DNA from: Eledone cirrhosa | Taxonomy: Eukaryota | DNA: 64,000 bases | Direction: 5' to 3' | Assembly: GCA_964016885.1 (NCBI GenBank) | Contig: OZ024743.1 | Coordinates: 230,950,001-231,014,000, forward strand | Part shown: piece after piece, positions 15,370 to 31,673 of the stretch | Position numbering within the stretch: position 1 is the first letter of the stretch | Layout of the letters: each line of letters opens with the position of its first letter | The notes under the pieces: model-generated | Told to the model about the DNA's origin: nothing | Databases searched by the model: none | The model's input: the letters and a program-made list of their open reading frames with translations, nothing else | Made by a program: the position numbers and the translations under genes

Positions 15370-15514
15370 TATACATATATACACATATATATATATATAC
15401 ACACATACACACACACACACATACATACATATATATATACATATATATATACACACATACATATATATACACAAATATATATATATATATATATATACAC
15501 ATACATATACATAC

Positions 15515-15549
<35 letters not shown>

Positions 15550-15684
15550 CACACACACACGGATACACACGCACATACACATACATACACACATACACAC
15601 ATATATATACACAAGTAAATACACTCACACGCATACATACAAACACGAGTATACATATGTATAAATATCTATACACACACACAT

Positions 15685-15739
<55 letters not shown>

Positions 15740-15852
15740 CATATACACACATACATACACACACACATACACATATATACACATACATACACATATATAT
15801 ATATATATACATATATATACATACATATATATATATATATATACATACACAC

Positions 15853-15897
<45 letters not shown>

Positions 15898-15960
15898 TAC
15901 ATACACACACATATACATACATACATATATATATATATCTCTCTAAACACACACATACAA

Positions 15961-16065
<105 letters not shown>

Positions 16066-16239
16066 TATATACACACATATATATATACACACACATATAT
16101 ATATACACACATCTATATTAAAACTATTATACTCTGCTATGTATTGAGTACCTTACTTACTGTGGTTACCTCCGATTCAACCCGGAATAACGTACATTTT
16201 AGCACTCTCTGTGCCCCTTATAACCATCATCAAGAAACC

Positions 16240-18381
16240 ATGCTGACCAAACTCGACCTTGATATTTCCTTGAAGAACATCCCTATCCCTCCAAGGAAAC
16301 TATACTTAAAAACACTCATCAGACGTACCGACGAGTTCATCAAGCGAATTAGATGGAGGGCCTTCTTCCTCGACAACCCTGATGTAGCATCTACCAATGA
16401 TGAGAAGTTCGGCTTCAAAACGAATAAGACACCACCCACCAACAGCCTACTCCAACCATTTGAGGAAGACCTCTTCAAGATGATCAAGGATATTAAATTC
16501 CGTAGAGCCACCACACCATTCCAGGCCTACTTAAATGCCGAATTACGGAATATAAAAAAATCCCCTAATCTTTATGTCTCCTCCGATAAAACCAAAAACG
16601 TTTATGAGGTAGACCCACAGACCTACAATAAGCTGGCAAAAAATACCATCACGACCACCTACAAAAAGGTAATAGAGAGGGCGCTGACTGAGACAAACGC
16701 GGCCGGAAAAGAAATCGCCAAGTCCCTTAAATTACATGACCGAACCGAACCTTTAAGGGTAAAGACCCCACACTTTACCCTGAAGGACCATAAGGGAAAC
16801 TTCCTCAACAAACCATCAGTCAGACTTATCAACCCCACTCGCTCCGACATCGGCTCTATCAGTAAGAAGATCCTGGATAGAGTTCTACCATTATTGCGGG
16901 CGGCCTCACCACTTCCACTCTGGAGTAGAACATCTGAGGCAATATCATGGTTCCAAGAATTACCCGATAAACACCACACTCGCTTCCTGCAACTCGACAT
17001 AGAAAACTACTATGCCTCTATCTCGGAGCCCCTCCTGAAGGACGCAATTAACTTTGCCAGGAATTTTACCACCATTACCGATGCCGAGCAAGTTATTATC
17101 CTCCACGCTCGTAAGACCTTTCTATACCACGATGGATCTTACTGGATCAACAAGAAATCTCAGACCCCATTTGACGTTAGCATGGGGGCGAGTGACTCGG
17201 CTGAAATTAGCGACCTTGTGGGCCTGTACATCCTACATAACCTGAAGAACCTCTTTACCGGCCTTACTGGAGGTTTATACCGAGACGACGGCCTCTTCGC
17301 CCTGCATAAGGTTAGCCCCAGAACCACCGATGGGTTTCGGAAAAACTTAAGCTCTTTCTTCTCTAATCTAGGATTTAGTATTACTATAGATTCTAATCTG
17401 ACTAGGGCCAACTTCTTAGATGTCACTCTCGACCTAGATACTTCCCTCTATTACCCGTACCACAAACCTAACGAGTCCCTTAAATATATTAATGTTAATT
17501 CAAACCACCCCCAAAACATTACTGATAACCTAGTAAAAAGCGTCTCTATTAGAATATCTGGCCTCTCCGCCAACAAAGATATTTTTAATGCATCTGCCTC
17601 CTACTACAACGACGCCCTAGCCCGTAGCGGATTTAAAGATAAGATAACTTACCTAGAAACCACCGCAAAATTGCAGAGGAGGAATAGACATAGGCAGATT
17701 AGCTGGTACAACCCTCCCTTCAATAGAGAGGTATCTACTCCGATAGCTAGGATTTTCTTCACTTTACTGAAATTACACTTCCCCATACAACATAGGTACT
17801 ACACCATCTTTAATAAGAACACTATAAGACTGTCTTACTCCACCACACCTAACCTAGCTAGGAATATAGCCAACCACAACTCTAAACTAAATAAGCCAAC
17901 CACCTCCGAAACCAATCCCCGGACTGGGGCTCTATGTAATTGCCTAAATAAGGAAACATGCCCACTAGAAAACAAATGCCTCACAAACGACATCGTATAC
18001 AAATGCGATGTCATCTCGGGCACCGAGGATTGCAAAAAAACTTACATCGGCATGACATCCAACACCTTTAAGACCCGCTGGTATGCCCATACCCACTCCT
18101 TCAGAAGACCGGATAAATCAAACCAAACAACACTCGCCTCCTACGTTTGGGACCTCAAAAGGAACTCCACCCCCTTCACGCTTAATTGGAAAATACTCCA
18201 GAAAGCGCGCTCTTACGACGGAGGACACAAGGGCTGCGACCTTTGTATTTCAGAGAGTTACGAAATTTTATTCGCCAAGGGCCCGCTACTGAACAAACTC
18301 TCTGAACACTGCCCGAACTGCATGCACAAGAACTTTGCAACATTCAAACACTTTAAGCCAGTGTTAAAGCCCGATGGCTAA
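16240..18381 (+). CDS. PLE reverse transcriptase + C-terminal GIY-YIG endonuclease, 713 aa from the first ATG (Naiad-like by motif, inference)
   Basis: Uninterrupted ORF. N-terminal [19 protein letters not shown] and DKT motif. RT motifs LDIENYY, SMGASDS, LYRDDG, NFLD. Cys-rich linker CNC..CPL..C. IVY..YIG..R..H endonuclease and CDLC..E..N..CMH. Confidence 0.95.
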   Translation: MLTKLDLDISLKNIPIPPRKLYLKTLIRRTDEFIKRIRWRAFFLDNPDVASTNDEKFGFKTNKTPPTNSLLQPFEEDLFKMIKDIKFRRATTPFQAYLNAELRNIKKSPNLYVSSDKTKNVYEVDPQTYNKLAKNTITTTYKKVIERALTETNAAGKEIAKSLKLHDRTEPLRVKTPHFTLKDHKGNFLNKPSVRLINPTRSDIGSISKKILDRVLPLLRAASPLPLWSRTSEAISWFQELPDKHHTRFLQLDIENYYASISEPLLKDAINFARNFTTITDAEQVIILHARKTFLYHDGSYWINKKSQTPFDVSMGASDSAEISDLVGLYILHNLKNLFTGLTGGLYRDDGLFALHKVSPRTTDGFRKNLSSFFSNLGFSITIDSNLTRANFLDVTLDLDTSLYYPYHKPNESLKYINVNSNHPQNITDNLVKSVSIRISGLSANKDIFNASASYYNDALARSGFKDKITYLETTAKLQRRNRHRQISWYNPPFNREVSTPIARIFFTLLKLHFPIQHRYYTIFNKNTIRLSYSTTPNLARNIANHNSKLNKPTTSETNPRTGALCNCLNKETCPLENKCLTNDIVYKCDVISGTEDCKKTYIGMTSNTFKTRWYAHTHSFRRPDKSNQTTLASYVWDLKRNSTPFTLNWKILQKARSYDGGHKGCDLCISESYEILFAKGPLLNKLSEHCPNCMHKNFATFKHFKPVLKPDG

Positions 18382-18529
18382 AAACGACCTCCCCCTATTG
18401 GCCCCTATACCTCCTCCCCACCCTACCCCCACCCCTCCTCAACCTGAAATACGGCCACTATGGTCATGTGAGTACCTCTTTTGTATCTACTTTTTCTGCC
18501 TGTAGAGGTGTCTTTATGTGCCTGTGTAT

Positions 18530-20900
<2,371 letters not shown>

Positions 20901-21445
20901 GTGAGTATGTGTGTTTTTTTGGTGGTTTTTTTTAGGTGTGGCTTTTTTTGTTTTTCTGTTTTTTTGGTCTTTTTGGGGTTTCTTTGTTTTTTTGTGAATG
21001 TGTCTGTTGATTTGGCATATTGTTGATTAGTTTAAGAGAAGTTCGAAGATAATAGTAAGATATGCACTCAGTATTTTGAATCTGTCTGCAGAATTCCCTA
21101 GACCTTTGTCACTTAGCAGAACTTAATGACTTTAGCTTTTAAAGAATCTCCCTTTTCTTTAATTCTATCGAGCATGAATGACCCCCCACTGATTTTATAG
21201 ACATCTGCTAGCTTAAGAGAAACTTATTGACAAGGAATGGTATGCCATCCGGAACTTGTTTATAGATTTCTGTCTGCCTTTGTTACTCTAAAAACATAAA
21301 TAAATATAAATTAACTATAGCTATGTAGAATTAGCCTTTAATGAATTCCCTTCTCTATCAACCAATGACCTGCACCCATCCCACTCCCCACCCTCTCCTA
21401 CCACTTGTAGAGACCTATAAATACCATATTTATTTTTTGATACCC

Positions 21446-21496
21446 AGATTCCTGATGATTTCTAATGAATGAAACAGTTCTAGTCCTGTAGAATCT
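21446..21496 (+). ncRNA. Type I hammerhead ribozyme (PLE-A 3' pLTR)
   Basis: agattc CTGATGA t-ttc-taat-gaa-t GAAA cag-ttctagtc-ctg TA gaatct. Predicted cleavage after 21490. CTAG palindrome in loop III. Confidence 0.85.
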
Positions 21497-21579
21497 CATC
21501 TATATTAAAACTATTATACTCTGCTATGTATTGAGTACCTTACTTACTGTGGTTACCTCCGATTCAACCCGGAATAACG

Positions 21580-21645
<66 letters not shown>

Positions 21646-22300
21646 CACGCACGCGCGCGCACATACGTAGTCGCTCATGTACATATATAGAAAGTGTACA
21701 CACATTAAGGCGTTCAGCCATATTGATACAGGGTGTAAAAAACTTGTGGATAAGTAAGTACAAATATAAAATTGTAAGATTGGCTGCGCAAAAATAAAAA
21801 AATAAAAATAAAAATGAAAAATATATCTGGATTGGAAAACACAAATGACATGTCTAATCAGTTAGTGAAGGAGAAAGGGAAGTAAAAAAAGGGGGAAGTA
21901 AAAAATGGAAAGTGAATCGGAGAATAAAGGGGGGGGAGGTTATTGGTGGATGTGAAGTACAAATAAAAAAAAAAATAAATAAATAAAAAATAAGAATAAA
22001 AATAAATTAAATTATTGACAAGGATAAAAATGAAAGTAAGTCAGAAAGGGTAATTAAAAAGAGAATAATAAGAGTTTATGGAGGATAAGTATCTGAAAGT
22101 GTGTTAAGTTTATATGAGCTGGAAAGCAGATGTGATTTCATGTGTGGGCAACAGGTGAAAATGTCCGTCTTTGTGTTCAGGCAGGTCTTTGGTGATTTTA
22201 GATTTTGCAATATCCAATATTTTCCATTTATGCAGAGCGTGCATTTTCTTGTTCCTCTAGCATATTCTTTAGATTGGTTCAAAATTGACCAATCTAATTT

Positions 22301-24130
22301 CAAATCTTCTAATAATAAGTTCATCTTCTCCGATAAAACTAAAAACCTATATGAAGTTAATAATAATTTACACGACCAACTATTAATAGATAATATCACC
22401 TCTAAATACCAAATAGCTAATATAAATACGTACCATAATATAAATAAGGAAGCTAAAGAATTAGCTGTTTCTTTAAAAATAGATAATAGGACAGAAAAAC
22501 TTGCTAAACGTCCTGCGTATATCACCCTTAAAGATCATAAACCCGACTTTATTAATCGTCCTAGTTGTAGATTAATCAACCCTGCTAAGACTGATATTGG
22601 TCTTGCCAGCAAAAAAATTTTAAATAAATTAAATACACACATTAGAAGTAAGTCTAAATTACTCCAATGGATAAATAGCTCTTCCGTAGTACATTGGTTT
22701 AATAATATTAAAAACAAAATCAGTTCTAGATTCACCCAATTTGACATTGTTGATTTCTACCCATCTATTACTTAGACCCTTTTAGCGAAAGCTTTAAATT
22801 TCGCTAGAGGGTTTACTAATATCTCCGATATTGAAGAGAATGTCATCTTGCATGCTAGGAACACTCTACTTTTTAATGATAATGACACTTGGGTAAAAAT
22901 ATCTAACCCAGAGAACCCATTCGATGTCTCAATGGGCTCTTACGACAGTGCTGATGTTTGTGATCTGGTCGGCCTATTCCTCTTACATACACTTAAAGAA
23001 AAATTTCCTAACCATATTTTTGGGCTTTATCGCGACGATGGTCTAATACTTTCCCATACCACCATAGCCCATAACTTAGATAGATTAAGGAAAGACTTAA
23101 TAAAAACCTTCGCTAGTTTTAATCTTAAAATTACTATTGACACTAACCTTTCCAACGTAGATTTCCTAGATATAAACCTAGATTTGCCTACTGCTTCTTA
23201 TAAACCATACCATAAACCTAATGAAAACTTAAAATATATAAATAAAGGATCTTGCCATCCACCTATAGTTTTTAAAAACCTTATCCCTAATATTAGCCGT
23301 AGGATCTCCACCCTCTCTTCCTCAGAAGCTATTTTTAATAAGGCATCCCCCTACTATTATAAAGCCCTCCAAAATAGCGGTTTTAGCGAACCGATTAAAT
23401 ACATGCCTAACTATACTAACTCTATTAAACATAAAAATAGGAAAAGAAAAATAATCTGGTTCACACACCCCTACTCTCTAGCAGTTAAAACTAATGTAGG
23501 CAAAAAATTCCTTGAGCTCCTAGATAAACATTTCCCTAGAACACATAGATACTATAAGATCTTTAACAGAAACTGTGTCAAAATTAGCTATTCCTGCGGT
23601 CCCCCTATTAAGTCCTATATCCTCAACAAAATATCACCTAGAGAAAATCAAACTTGCTCCTGTAGAATCAAAACTGAATGCCCATTACAAGGCAAATGCA
23701 ACACCAAAGCCATTGTATATGCGGCTAAAGTGACAACCATCAGCAACAACCATCCAGCCACCAGTGACCGATATGTGGGTATGATGCAAGACAAATTCAA
23801 AACGCGTTATTACTCACATGTTGCATCCTTTCGACATCCAGAAAAAAGAGTTCAACAGCTCTGGCTAGCAGAATTTGGGATTTGAAAGACCAAGGCATCC
23901 AATATAAATTAGATTGGTCAATTTTGAACCAATCTAAAGAATATGCTAGAGGAACAAGAAAATGCACGCTCTGCATAAATGAAAAATATTGGATATTGCA
24001 AAATCTAAAATCACCAACGACCTGCCTGAACACAAAGATGGAAATTTTCACCAGTTGCCCACACATGAAATCACACCTGCTTTCCAGCTCATATAAACTT
24101 AACACACTTTCAGATACTTATCCTCCATAA
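22301..24130 (+). pseudogene. PLE-B RT + GIY-YIG ORF, 5'-truncated and disrupted
   Basis: SDKTKNLY, FDIVDFYPSI, SMGSYDS, LYRDDG, IVY..YVG and CTLC..CPH motifs. In-frame TAG at 22773-22775 and a frameshift near 23850. Confidence 0.92.
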
Positions 24131-24214
24131 ACTCTTATTATTCTCTTTTTAATTACCCTATCTGACTTACTTTCAATTTTGTTCCTTGTCAATAATTTCA
24201 TTTATTTTTATTCT

Positions 24215-24337
24215 TATTTTTTATTTTTATTTTTATTTTTATTTTTATTTTTATTTTTATTTTTATTTTTATTTTTATTTTTATTTTTATTTTTATTTTT
24301 ATTTTTATTTTTATTTTTATTTTTATTTTTATTTTTA
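24215..24337. repeat. (TTTTTA)n hexamer repeat
   Basis: About 20 copies. Not expanded in the inverted arm (about 21960-22010). Confidence 0.9.
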
Positions 24338-24636
24338 CTAATAACCACCCCCCATTATTTCTCCGATTCACTTTCCATTTTTTACTTCCCCCTTTTTTAA
24401 CTTCCCTTTTTCTTCACTAACTGATTAGACGTGTCATTTGTGTTTTCCAATCCAGATATATTTTTCATTTTTATTTTTATTTTTTTATTTTTGCGCAGTC
24501 AATCTTACAATTTTATATTTGTACTTACTTATCCACAAGTTTTTTACACCCTGTACCAATATGGCTGAACGCCTTAATGTGTGTACACTTTCTATATATG
24601 TACATGAGCGACTACGTATGTGCGCGCGCGTGCGTG

Positions 24637-24695
<59 letters not shown>

Positions 24696-24699
24696 ATAT

Positions 24700-24730
<31 letters not shown>

Positions 24731-24969
24731 GCGTATGTGTATGTGTCTTTATATCCGTGTTTTGACAACTAGGTTTTATGTTTTGTTCCTCTTTTCTTCT
24801 CCCCCCCCCTTTTTACTTACTCATTTTTATGCGTGTGCATGCAAACAGGTCAATATGCGTGAGTGTAAGTATGTGTGTGTGTGTGTATTTACGTATCGAA
24901 CGTATGGGTGTGTAAGTGTGCATGTGTATATAAGCATGTATATTTTTGCGTTTCTTTTGTGAGATATTC

Positions 24970-25195
24970 TTAGTAATAGTATTGATTTGTATTCTGTTTT
25001 GGTTTTAAGTTTTACCGGTTGCGCATTTCTAATGCTTTTCAAAAATAATTTTGAATTAGAGCAAACATCACGGACGCTCTAATTAGAGCAAACATCACGG
25101 ACGCTCTATCTCAGAATTATTTTTGAAAAGCATTAGAAATGCGCAACCGGTAAAACTTAAAACCCAAACTGAATACTAACCAATACTATTACTAA
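24970..25195. repeat. Fold-back inverted repeat (arms about 83 bp) with duplicated 27-bp centre; PLE-like remnant
   Basis: 24970-25053 mirrors 25114-25195. aattagagcaaacatcacggacgctct occurs twice. The arm resembles 8683-8722. Confidence 0.8.
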
Positions 25196-25479
25196 TTCTC
25201 ACTTATTCCTAATTAAACTATTTTTCACTGCGAACAATTTCTCATCATTTTCTTTTCCGTTTACCAATATATCATAACTTGTGTGTTACACCTCTGTTCT
25301 TTTAAATATATATATATATACATATATACATATATACACATATATATATATCGTCAGTCGATCGGAAAGATCCCAGAGCTCTTTCGCTTAACGTGTGGGG
25401 TGGGTTTCATTAAAGCGGACCGTTGCCGAGGAAACAATATTTCAATTCATCTTTCCAATTGATAAAACTCTCTGTTGGT

Positions 25480-25610
25480 CGCAAATCCAGGCAGAAGGAG
25501 CCAGGTGAAATAAAGTGCCCTGTTCAAGCACATAACGCATCCCTCGGTCCGGGAATCGAAATCACAATCACACGATTGTTAATCCAACTCTCTAACCACT
25601 CAGCCATGTG
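25480..25610 (-). mobile_element. tRNA-derived SINE (S2) head
   Basis: cacatggctgagtggttagag (A-box) .. atttcgattcccggacc (B-box) on the minus strand. Confidence 0.6.
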
Positions 25611-25691
25611 TGTCATACACACTGACATACACACATACACACACATATATATATATACAGACACACATGCACACACACATACACACACATG

Positions 25692-25726
<35 letters not shown>

Positions 25727-25734
25727 TATATATA

Positions 25735-25812
25735 AAAAGTTTGTCCTTCATCAGTGATCTTCCAACCATCATAGGCATTTCATCGCTTTAAAGACCATAT
25801 ACCTCCGGTTGG
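25735..25812 (-). ncRNA. Candidate rearranged (non-circularly permuted) hammerhead ribozyme, copy 1
   Basis: aggtat A tggtctt taaagcgat GAAA tgcct..aagatca CTGATGA a. Stems I and III are kept through G-U pairs. Confidence 0.6.
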
Positions 25813-26550
25813 TGCGAACAACGGCTAAAAAAAGTCGTTGGGACACGTAAATAAAGGGGACGCGAGGGTAAACAAACAAAATGGTTAAGCAACAGAAAGT
25901 GATGAAGGAAAAGACAAGTCCCAGATTTCTATGAATTTAAGTTCGGTGAAATCGTGAACGAGAGAATAAAGACCATCAAACCTGGTTGAAATGTGAGCAA
26001 GGAAGGAATTTCGCACAGGTCTAACGGGAGGAAGAAGAGGTCTAGTCTGCGAATTCGGTAAACATAAGTTCTGTGAAATCGCAGACGAGAGAGAAAAAAA
26101 ATTCATACCAGCTTGGTCAGCGTGCGGGAGAAAAAGAATTACACACAGGTCAAACGGGAAGAAAGGGGAGGAGAGGTAGTGACAGAGAAAGAATAAGTGA
26201 AGGGTGAGGAAGAGGCTAACAGAGAGAGAGACTGCTAGAAAGGGTAAAGATACATAGAACTAAAGAGACGGGTAGCAGCAGAGGAAAAATTATATGTGTA
26301 TATATGAAAATAATGGAGCTGCGGCGTTGCAAATGGGTTACAAATATCTAAGCATATATCAGCAAAAATATTTGCAGAAAAACACGCACAAATATATAGC
26401 AGTAGAGAGAATGAGGAGATAGAAGGAGGTGAGTGAAGTAGAGATAGACCGGCAGATAGAGCAAAGTGAATTGGATTTGGATTCTATGATTAGTGAAAAA
26501 CAAAGCCTTAAAATAAGTTCTTGCCTATACGAAAGTATCAGATAAGTAGC

Positions 26551-26585
<35 letters not shown>

Positions 26586-26771
26586 CTACTTATAAATATT
26601 TATATATATTGTGAGTAAAACCACAGACCCTCCACCTCAACTCTACTTCTGAAAAGAAGTAGACTCCAGTTACATTTTCGATTTCATCTTTTTTTCTTTA
26701 TACTTTCACTCGTGTAGGAGACCTCGGTTATTTTTCATTTTGTAAAAAAACCTCACTTTCTAACATATATT

Positions 26772-26816
<45 letters not shown>

Positions 26817-27360
26817 ACGCTTTTGTCTGAATATTTATATAAATGGATAAACATATATATATACGTCTCTGTTTGAGGTTGTACATTTACATAGATAGGT
26901 CATTATATATATATATATATATATATATACAGAGAGAGAGAGAGAGAAAGACATTGGGAGAAGGCGAATGCCCTGAGAGACGTGGCATGAGCAAAACTAA
27001 ATAAATAAAACGAAATCTAAAATCATGTTTATCACATTTCCTAGTTCCCTCTGACCAAACATACAATTTACTTTTTATAATTTGTCTCTTTACATATTTA
27101 AATATATATTTACTGTTTCCGGGGAATTTTATATATTCAGTGACCGACCAAGGAGTTTTTACCTTAAATTTGCCCTTGTTAATCTCTTGGTTGCAAAGAA
27201 AGATGTGATAGTTTCTTTTCCAAATATCAAGATGTTTTCTTAAAAGCTGGAAATTACCTCTCCTTTTATATCACAGATGATAAGGTTTACTTTTTCCTAG
27301 AAACGATCGTAAAGCAGTGAAGTACATTTCTAATGACTTGATTCTTTATTTCATTGTATT

Positions 27361-27409
<49 letters not shown>

Positions 27410-27410
27410 G

Positions 27411-27456
<46 letters not shown>

Positions 27457-28138
27457 ATAAATATATAAATATATATGTACATGCATACATACAAACATAC
27501 ATAGGTACATACATTCGGATGTATTTATATAAAGATATAATTGAATGTCTGAACCGAAAATTGAAATGAAAATCTTATGAAACTCTTACACTTCATTTCG
27601 CACATTTCCACACGTTATGTGAGTTTTGTTTTGGTGGGGAAATTATTCTCTCCTCTTCTTGTTTCTCAGAAGCAGAAAGGTTATTTTATATATTTATTTA
27701 TATATTTAATTTGTTGGGGAGTTGGGTGGATGGATAAATAGATGGAGGTGCAGGAAACATCCTCATTGTCTGGGCAAAGATCAACACAGTGGAAACGTGT
27801 TGCCATTAGCAACACAGCATCCTTCTTTTTCTAGAATGAAGGAAATTATTGATTTCATAGATCAATTGAACGACACCGTTCATCTGATGGTTTCCTTTCA
27901 GATCTTCTTTGATCTTATTCAGATGAGAGGAAAGAGTCTTTTGCAGAACTGACATGTATGAATGCGTGTCCAATATATACGGACTCTAAACTTTATACTG
28001 CAGTACACAAAGCTAGCACAACCACACAATCTCCACAGACAGATAGAGGCACGCATGTTCACTGACATACGAACCATACGTACGTATATTTAAATATATA
28101 TATATACACATATACATACACACAGACACATATACACA

Positions 28139-28216
<78 letters not shown>

Positions 28217-28306
28217 TATATAGCCCTATACATATATACACACTTTCACATATATATGTAGATAAAGAAACCACTAACAGACGCACACACAGACACATAC
28301 ACACAG

Positions 28307-28337
<31 letters not shown>

Positions 28338-28531
28338 AACAAACAAACACACACACATACACACACACACACACACGGGGACACACACATACATATATAG
28401 ATAGATAGATAGATATAGATGTATATATAGATGTGTGTGTGTACGTGCTTACGGACATTGATGAAAATAAGCAGATTTACCGTACATACTGATTCATACA
28501 AATACACTCACACATATACGCACACTCATTC

Positions 28532-28587
<56 letters not shown>

Positions 28588-28714
28588 CTATGTTTTTATT
28601 CAAGTGTGGATGGATAAATGGAAGGATAAATGTATGTCTAACTTTCTATATATCTATCTAGCATTCTAGCCTTTCTCTGTATATCTCTTTGTATCACTTC
28701 TTCTCTATGTATGT

Positions 28715-28797
<83 letters not shown>

Positions 28798-30279
28798 TGG
28801 TATTTTTATTCAATACAGAGTATTATAAGTAAATCTAAATCCTCAAATGCAATTTAATTGTTGAAGTTAGTTATTCAATAATAAACGGATTTCGACGAAG
28901 GTGAAATGGTTGATGGTTTAAATTTTAGTCCGGGACGGAATATCGTGATTTTATTTAAGAATAACAAGGAATGAATAGAGTTTATACTCGTTTCTATTTA
29001 CTCATTTATTTATCTATATAGAACTGATATCGATTCCTGAGCGGGCAGCGCGTTATGTAATTGATCAAGGCACGTTTTCCATGCGGCATTGACACCGCAC
29101 TGCATCGACTTGGATAACATTGACGCCGTGACTAAGAGAGACCTGCATACGTGTATAACAACTGACCTTGAACAAAACACCTTCAACGAGGTTTGTGTCT
29201 TGCAGAGATACTTACCAGTACACAACTTACGATGGTGTTTTTTGCGTGTTCCTAACAGATCAATTATACGATATTATATTTTTGCATATTTATAACATGA
29301 ATATATTTCGACAAACGATATATGCTATGCCATAGGATCTTAACACTTGATCTAGTCGCAGACACGCCATCATTACATACCATTTGATCTGGTGATTTAA
29401 ATCTAGCCTGTTTGAGTGCCCTAGTCTATAGATCAACGGAGTAGCTTGCTCAGGAAATTAAAATACAAGTAGAAGGTGAGGGTTGGAATTTTAAATACCG
29501 CGTTGACATACCACTCTCGTGAATTTTGCCCACCGTAAAATGATATTAACACCAGCAACGAAGAATGACACAATGTCATCCAGTAGATAAAACTTAAAGC
29601 TGTGGAATCATTGATAAAATTTGAAATTATATTCGTTCAACCTAAATATAAAGAAAACATGATTTTTTAATTTTTAATAAGAGATAAAACTTGAGCAAAT
29701 TCCTGTCGACAATATATTAATTTACAACATGATTGCTGTAGAAGCATACACAGTCCCACATATACAATTCTTGATGAGTTAACTTACAATCCCCACACAC
29801 ACCTACACGCACACATTCTTTTTCTCGGAAAATTAATTGAACAGCCCACTAATGTACGGTTGACGAGAGAAAGAAGGAAGAGAAAATGACAAGAGAAAAC
29901 GGTGTGTCAGAGTTTGAGTTAGAAATATAAGCGTGAGACATCGTTGTAGGTTGGACGTTGTGAGATATTAAGAGGATCGATGCGAGGTATTAACATGGAA
30001 GAGTCAATTGTAGAATGTTAGCCTAAAAATCTGACCTTAAAATAATTCGACACTAAAACGCGCATTCAAAGTATATATTTCATTCCCATTTCTGAGCCTT
30101 TTCTTTAGTTTTACTGATACATTTATTTTCCCGAAAACACCTCATGAAAGAAGTGATATTCCTCGTGTGTAATGAAAATTCTTGTTGAAAATATTCTAAA
30201 TTGTATCAATTGGTAGACAAAATAAACATATATGTCTGTGTGTATAATACGGTTTCTGTATAATAGTTTAATAGTTTCT

Positions 30280-30440
30280 AATTTAGGGACAAGCCCTGCT
30301 ATTTGAAGTCAGGGACAAGTTGATTATATCAACCTCGATACTTGAATGCTACTTTATTTTATTGAACCCAGAAAAATGAAAGGTCATGTAAACCTCGAAG
30401 AGATTTGGAATGAGAACGCAAAGATTTAGAACAAATATTG
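30280..30440 (-). mobile_element. Diverged S1-like SINE
   Basis: ctactttatttt..cccagaaaaatgaaaggt..aacctcg..gatttg matches the S1 core. Confidence 0.5.
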
Positions 30441-31014
30441 CCGCATGTAAACTATTTTTATCAATAAGTATTTGCAACTTTTCCGATTGAAATTAATATT
30501 TTTAAGCTCCTGTATGAGAGGTCCTCTAATTTACCCATGGATTTTAGTTCAAAATTTCTATTTTGCGAGAAAATACTGTATTATCTTTTATTTATATATA
30601 TAAGCAGTTAAGAAAACATCTAAGCTCTTGTTTAATCACCTCCAATATGTACTTTCGTGGGCGAATATATTCATTAACACTAGAAATATTTCTCTTTTTC
30701 CTCATACATCATTTAAGTATGTGAGTTTATGTGTATATGGTATATGTGTGTATTTCTGTGAGTGTTTCTGTGTGTATAGATATTCTACGTGACAAAGTAT
30801 GCACGTACGAGAAAGAGAACGCATGTATGTATAATCATCATCGTCGCAAATACTATTTCAACTAAACTTATATAAATATTCAATTTGAACGTGAAATCAG
30901 ATTGTCTATTCATATTCCAAATTGTCCACGCTAGGAAGGTATTATTGTAGTATACATTAATGTACATATATAGATAAACACAAACACACTTACACACTTC
31001 TATATAAATAGGTG

Positions 31015-31065
<51 letters not shown>

Positions 31066-31069
<4 letters not shown>

Positions 31070-31324
31070 CGATATATATATGAATGTATATATAGTGTAT
31101 TTTGCAATACACTGTATGCTTAATTAAAAGCATTTCGAAGACCTTATGCTATTATTTTAGAGTAGTGACAGTCTCACTTACTTTAAATTTTCAGCAAACA
31201 TTTTAAAGCTGACAGATCTCTGTTTCGTAAATTTACAATAGCATAAGGTCTTCGAAATGTTTTTAATTAAGCATACAGTGTATTGCAAAATACACTATAT
31301 ATACATTCATATATATATCGCTAT
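31066..31324. repeat. Fold-back inverted repeat (arms about 88 bp); third copy at about 31517-31610
   Basis: 31066-31153 mirrors 31237-31324. The arm has an HHR-like 3' half GAAAtgct..agcaTA. Confidence 0.8.
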
Positions 31325-31602
31325 TTCAGAGCACCAATTCTAATTTTCAATTTCTGCTCGACCGGCAGCCGCTCTGTTTAATCAGTTCCTGATTATTACT
31401 AGAATTCTATAAGAATCAAACATTCACGATTTTCAGCAAACAGGTGGAGTACTTAGCTTTGATAAGTACCAAAAAGTACGTAACAGAGCTATGTCAGCTT
31501 TATCTCCCCTGTTTGCTGTCACTACTCTAAAACAATAGCATAAGGTCTTCGAAATGCTTTTAATTGAGCATACAGTGTATTGCAAAATACACTATAAATA
31601 CA

Positions 31603-31669
<67 letters not shown>

Positions 31670-31673
<4 letters not shown>

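Noticed and set aside
16230-18292. Antisense and alternate-frame ORFs over PLE-A (likewise over PLE-C and the LINE)
   Set aside because: Shadow ORFs of real coding sequence with no independent motifs.
27806-27955. 49-codon minus-strand ORF (MSVLQKTLSSHLNKIKEDL..) as a host exon
   Set aside because: Short, with no recognisable domain and no linked exons. It would need a homology search or RNA evidence.
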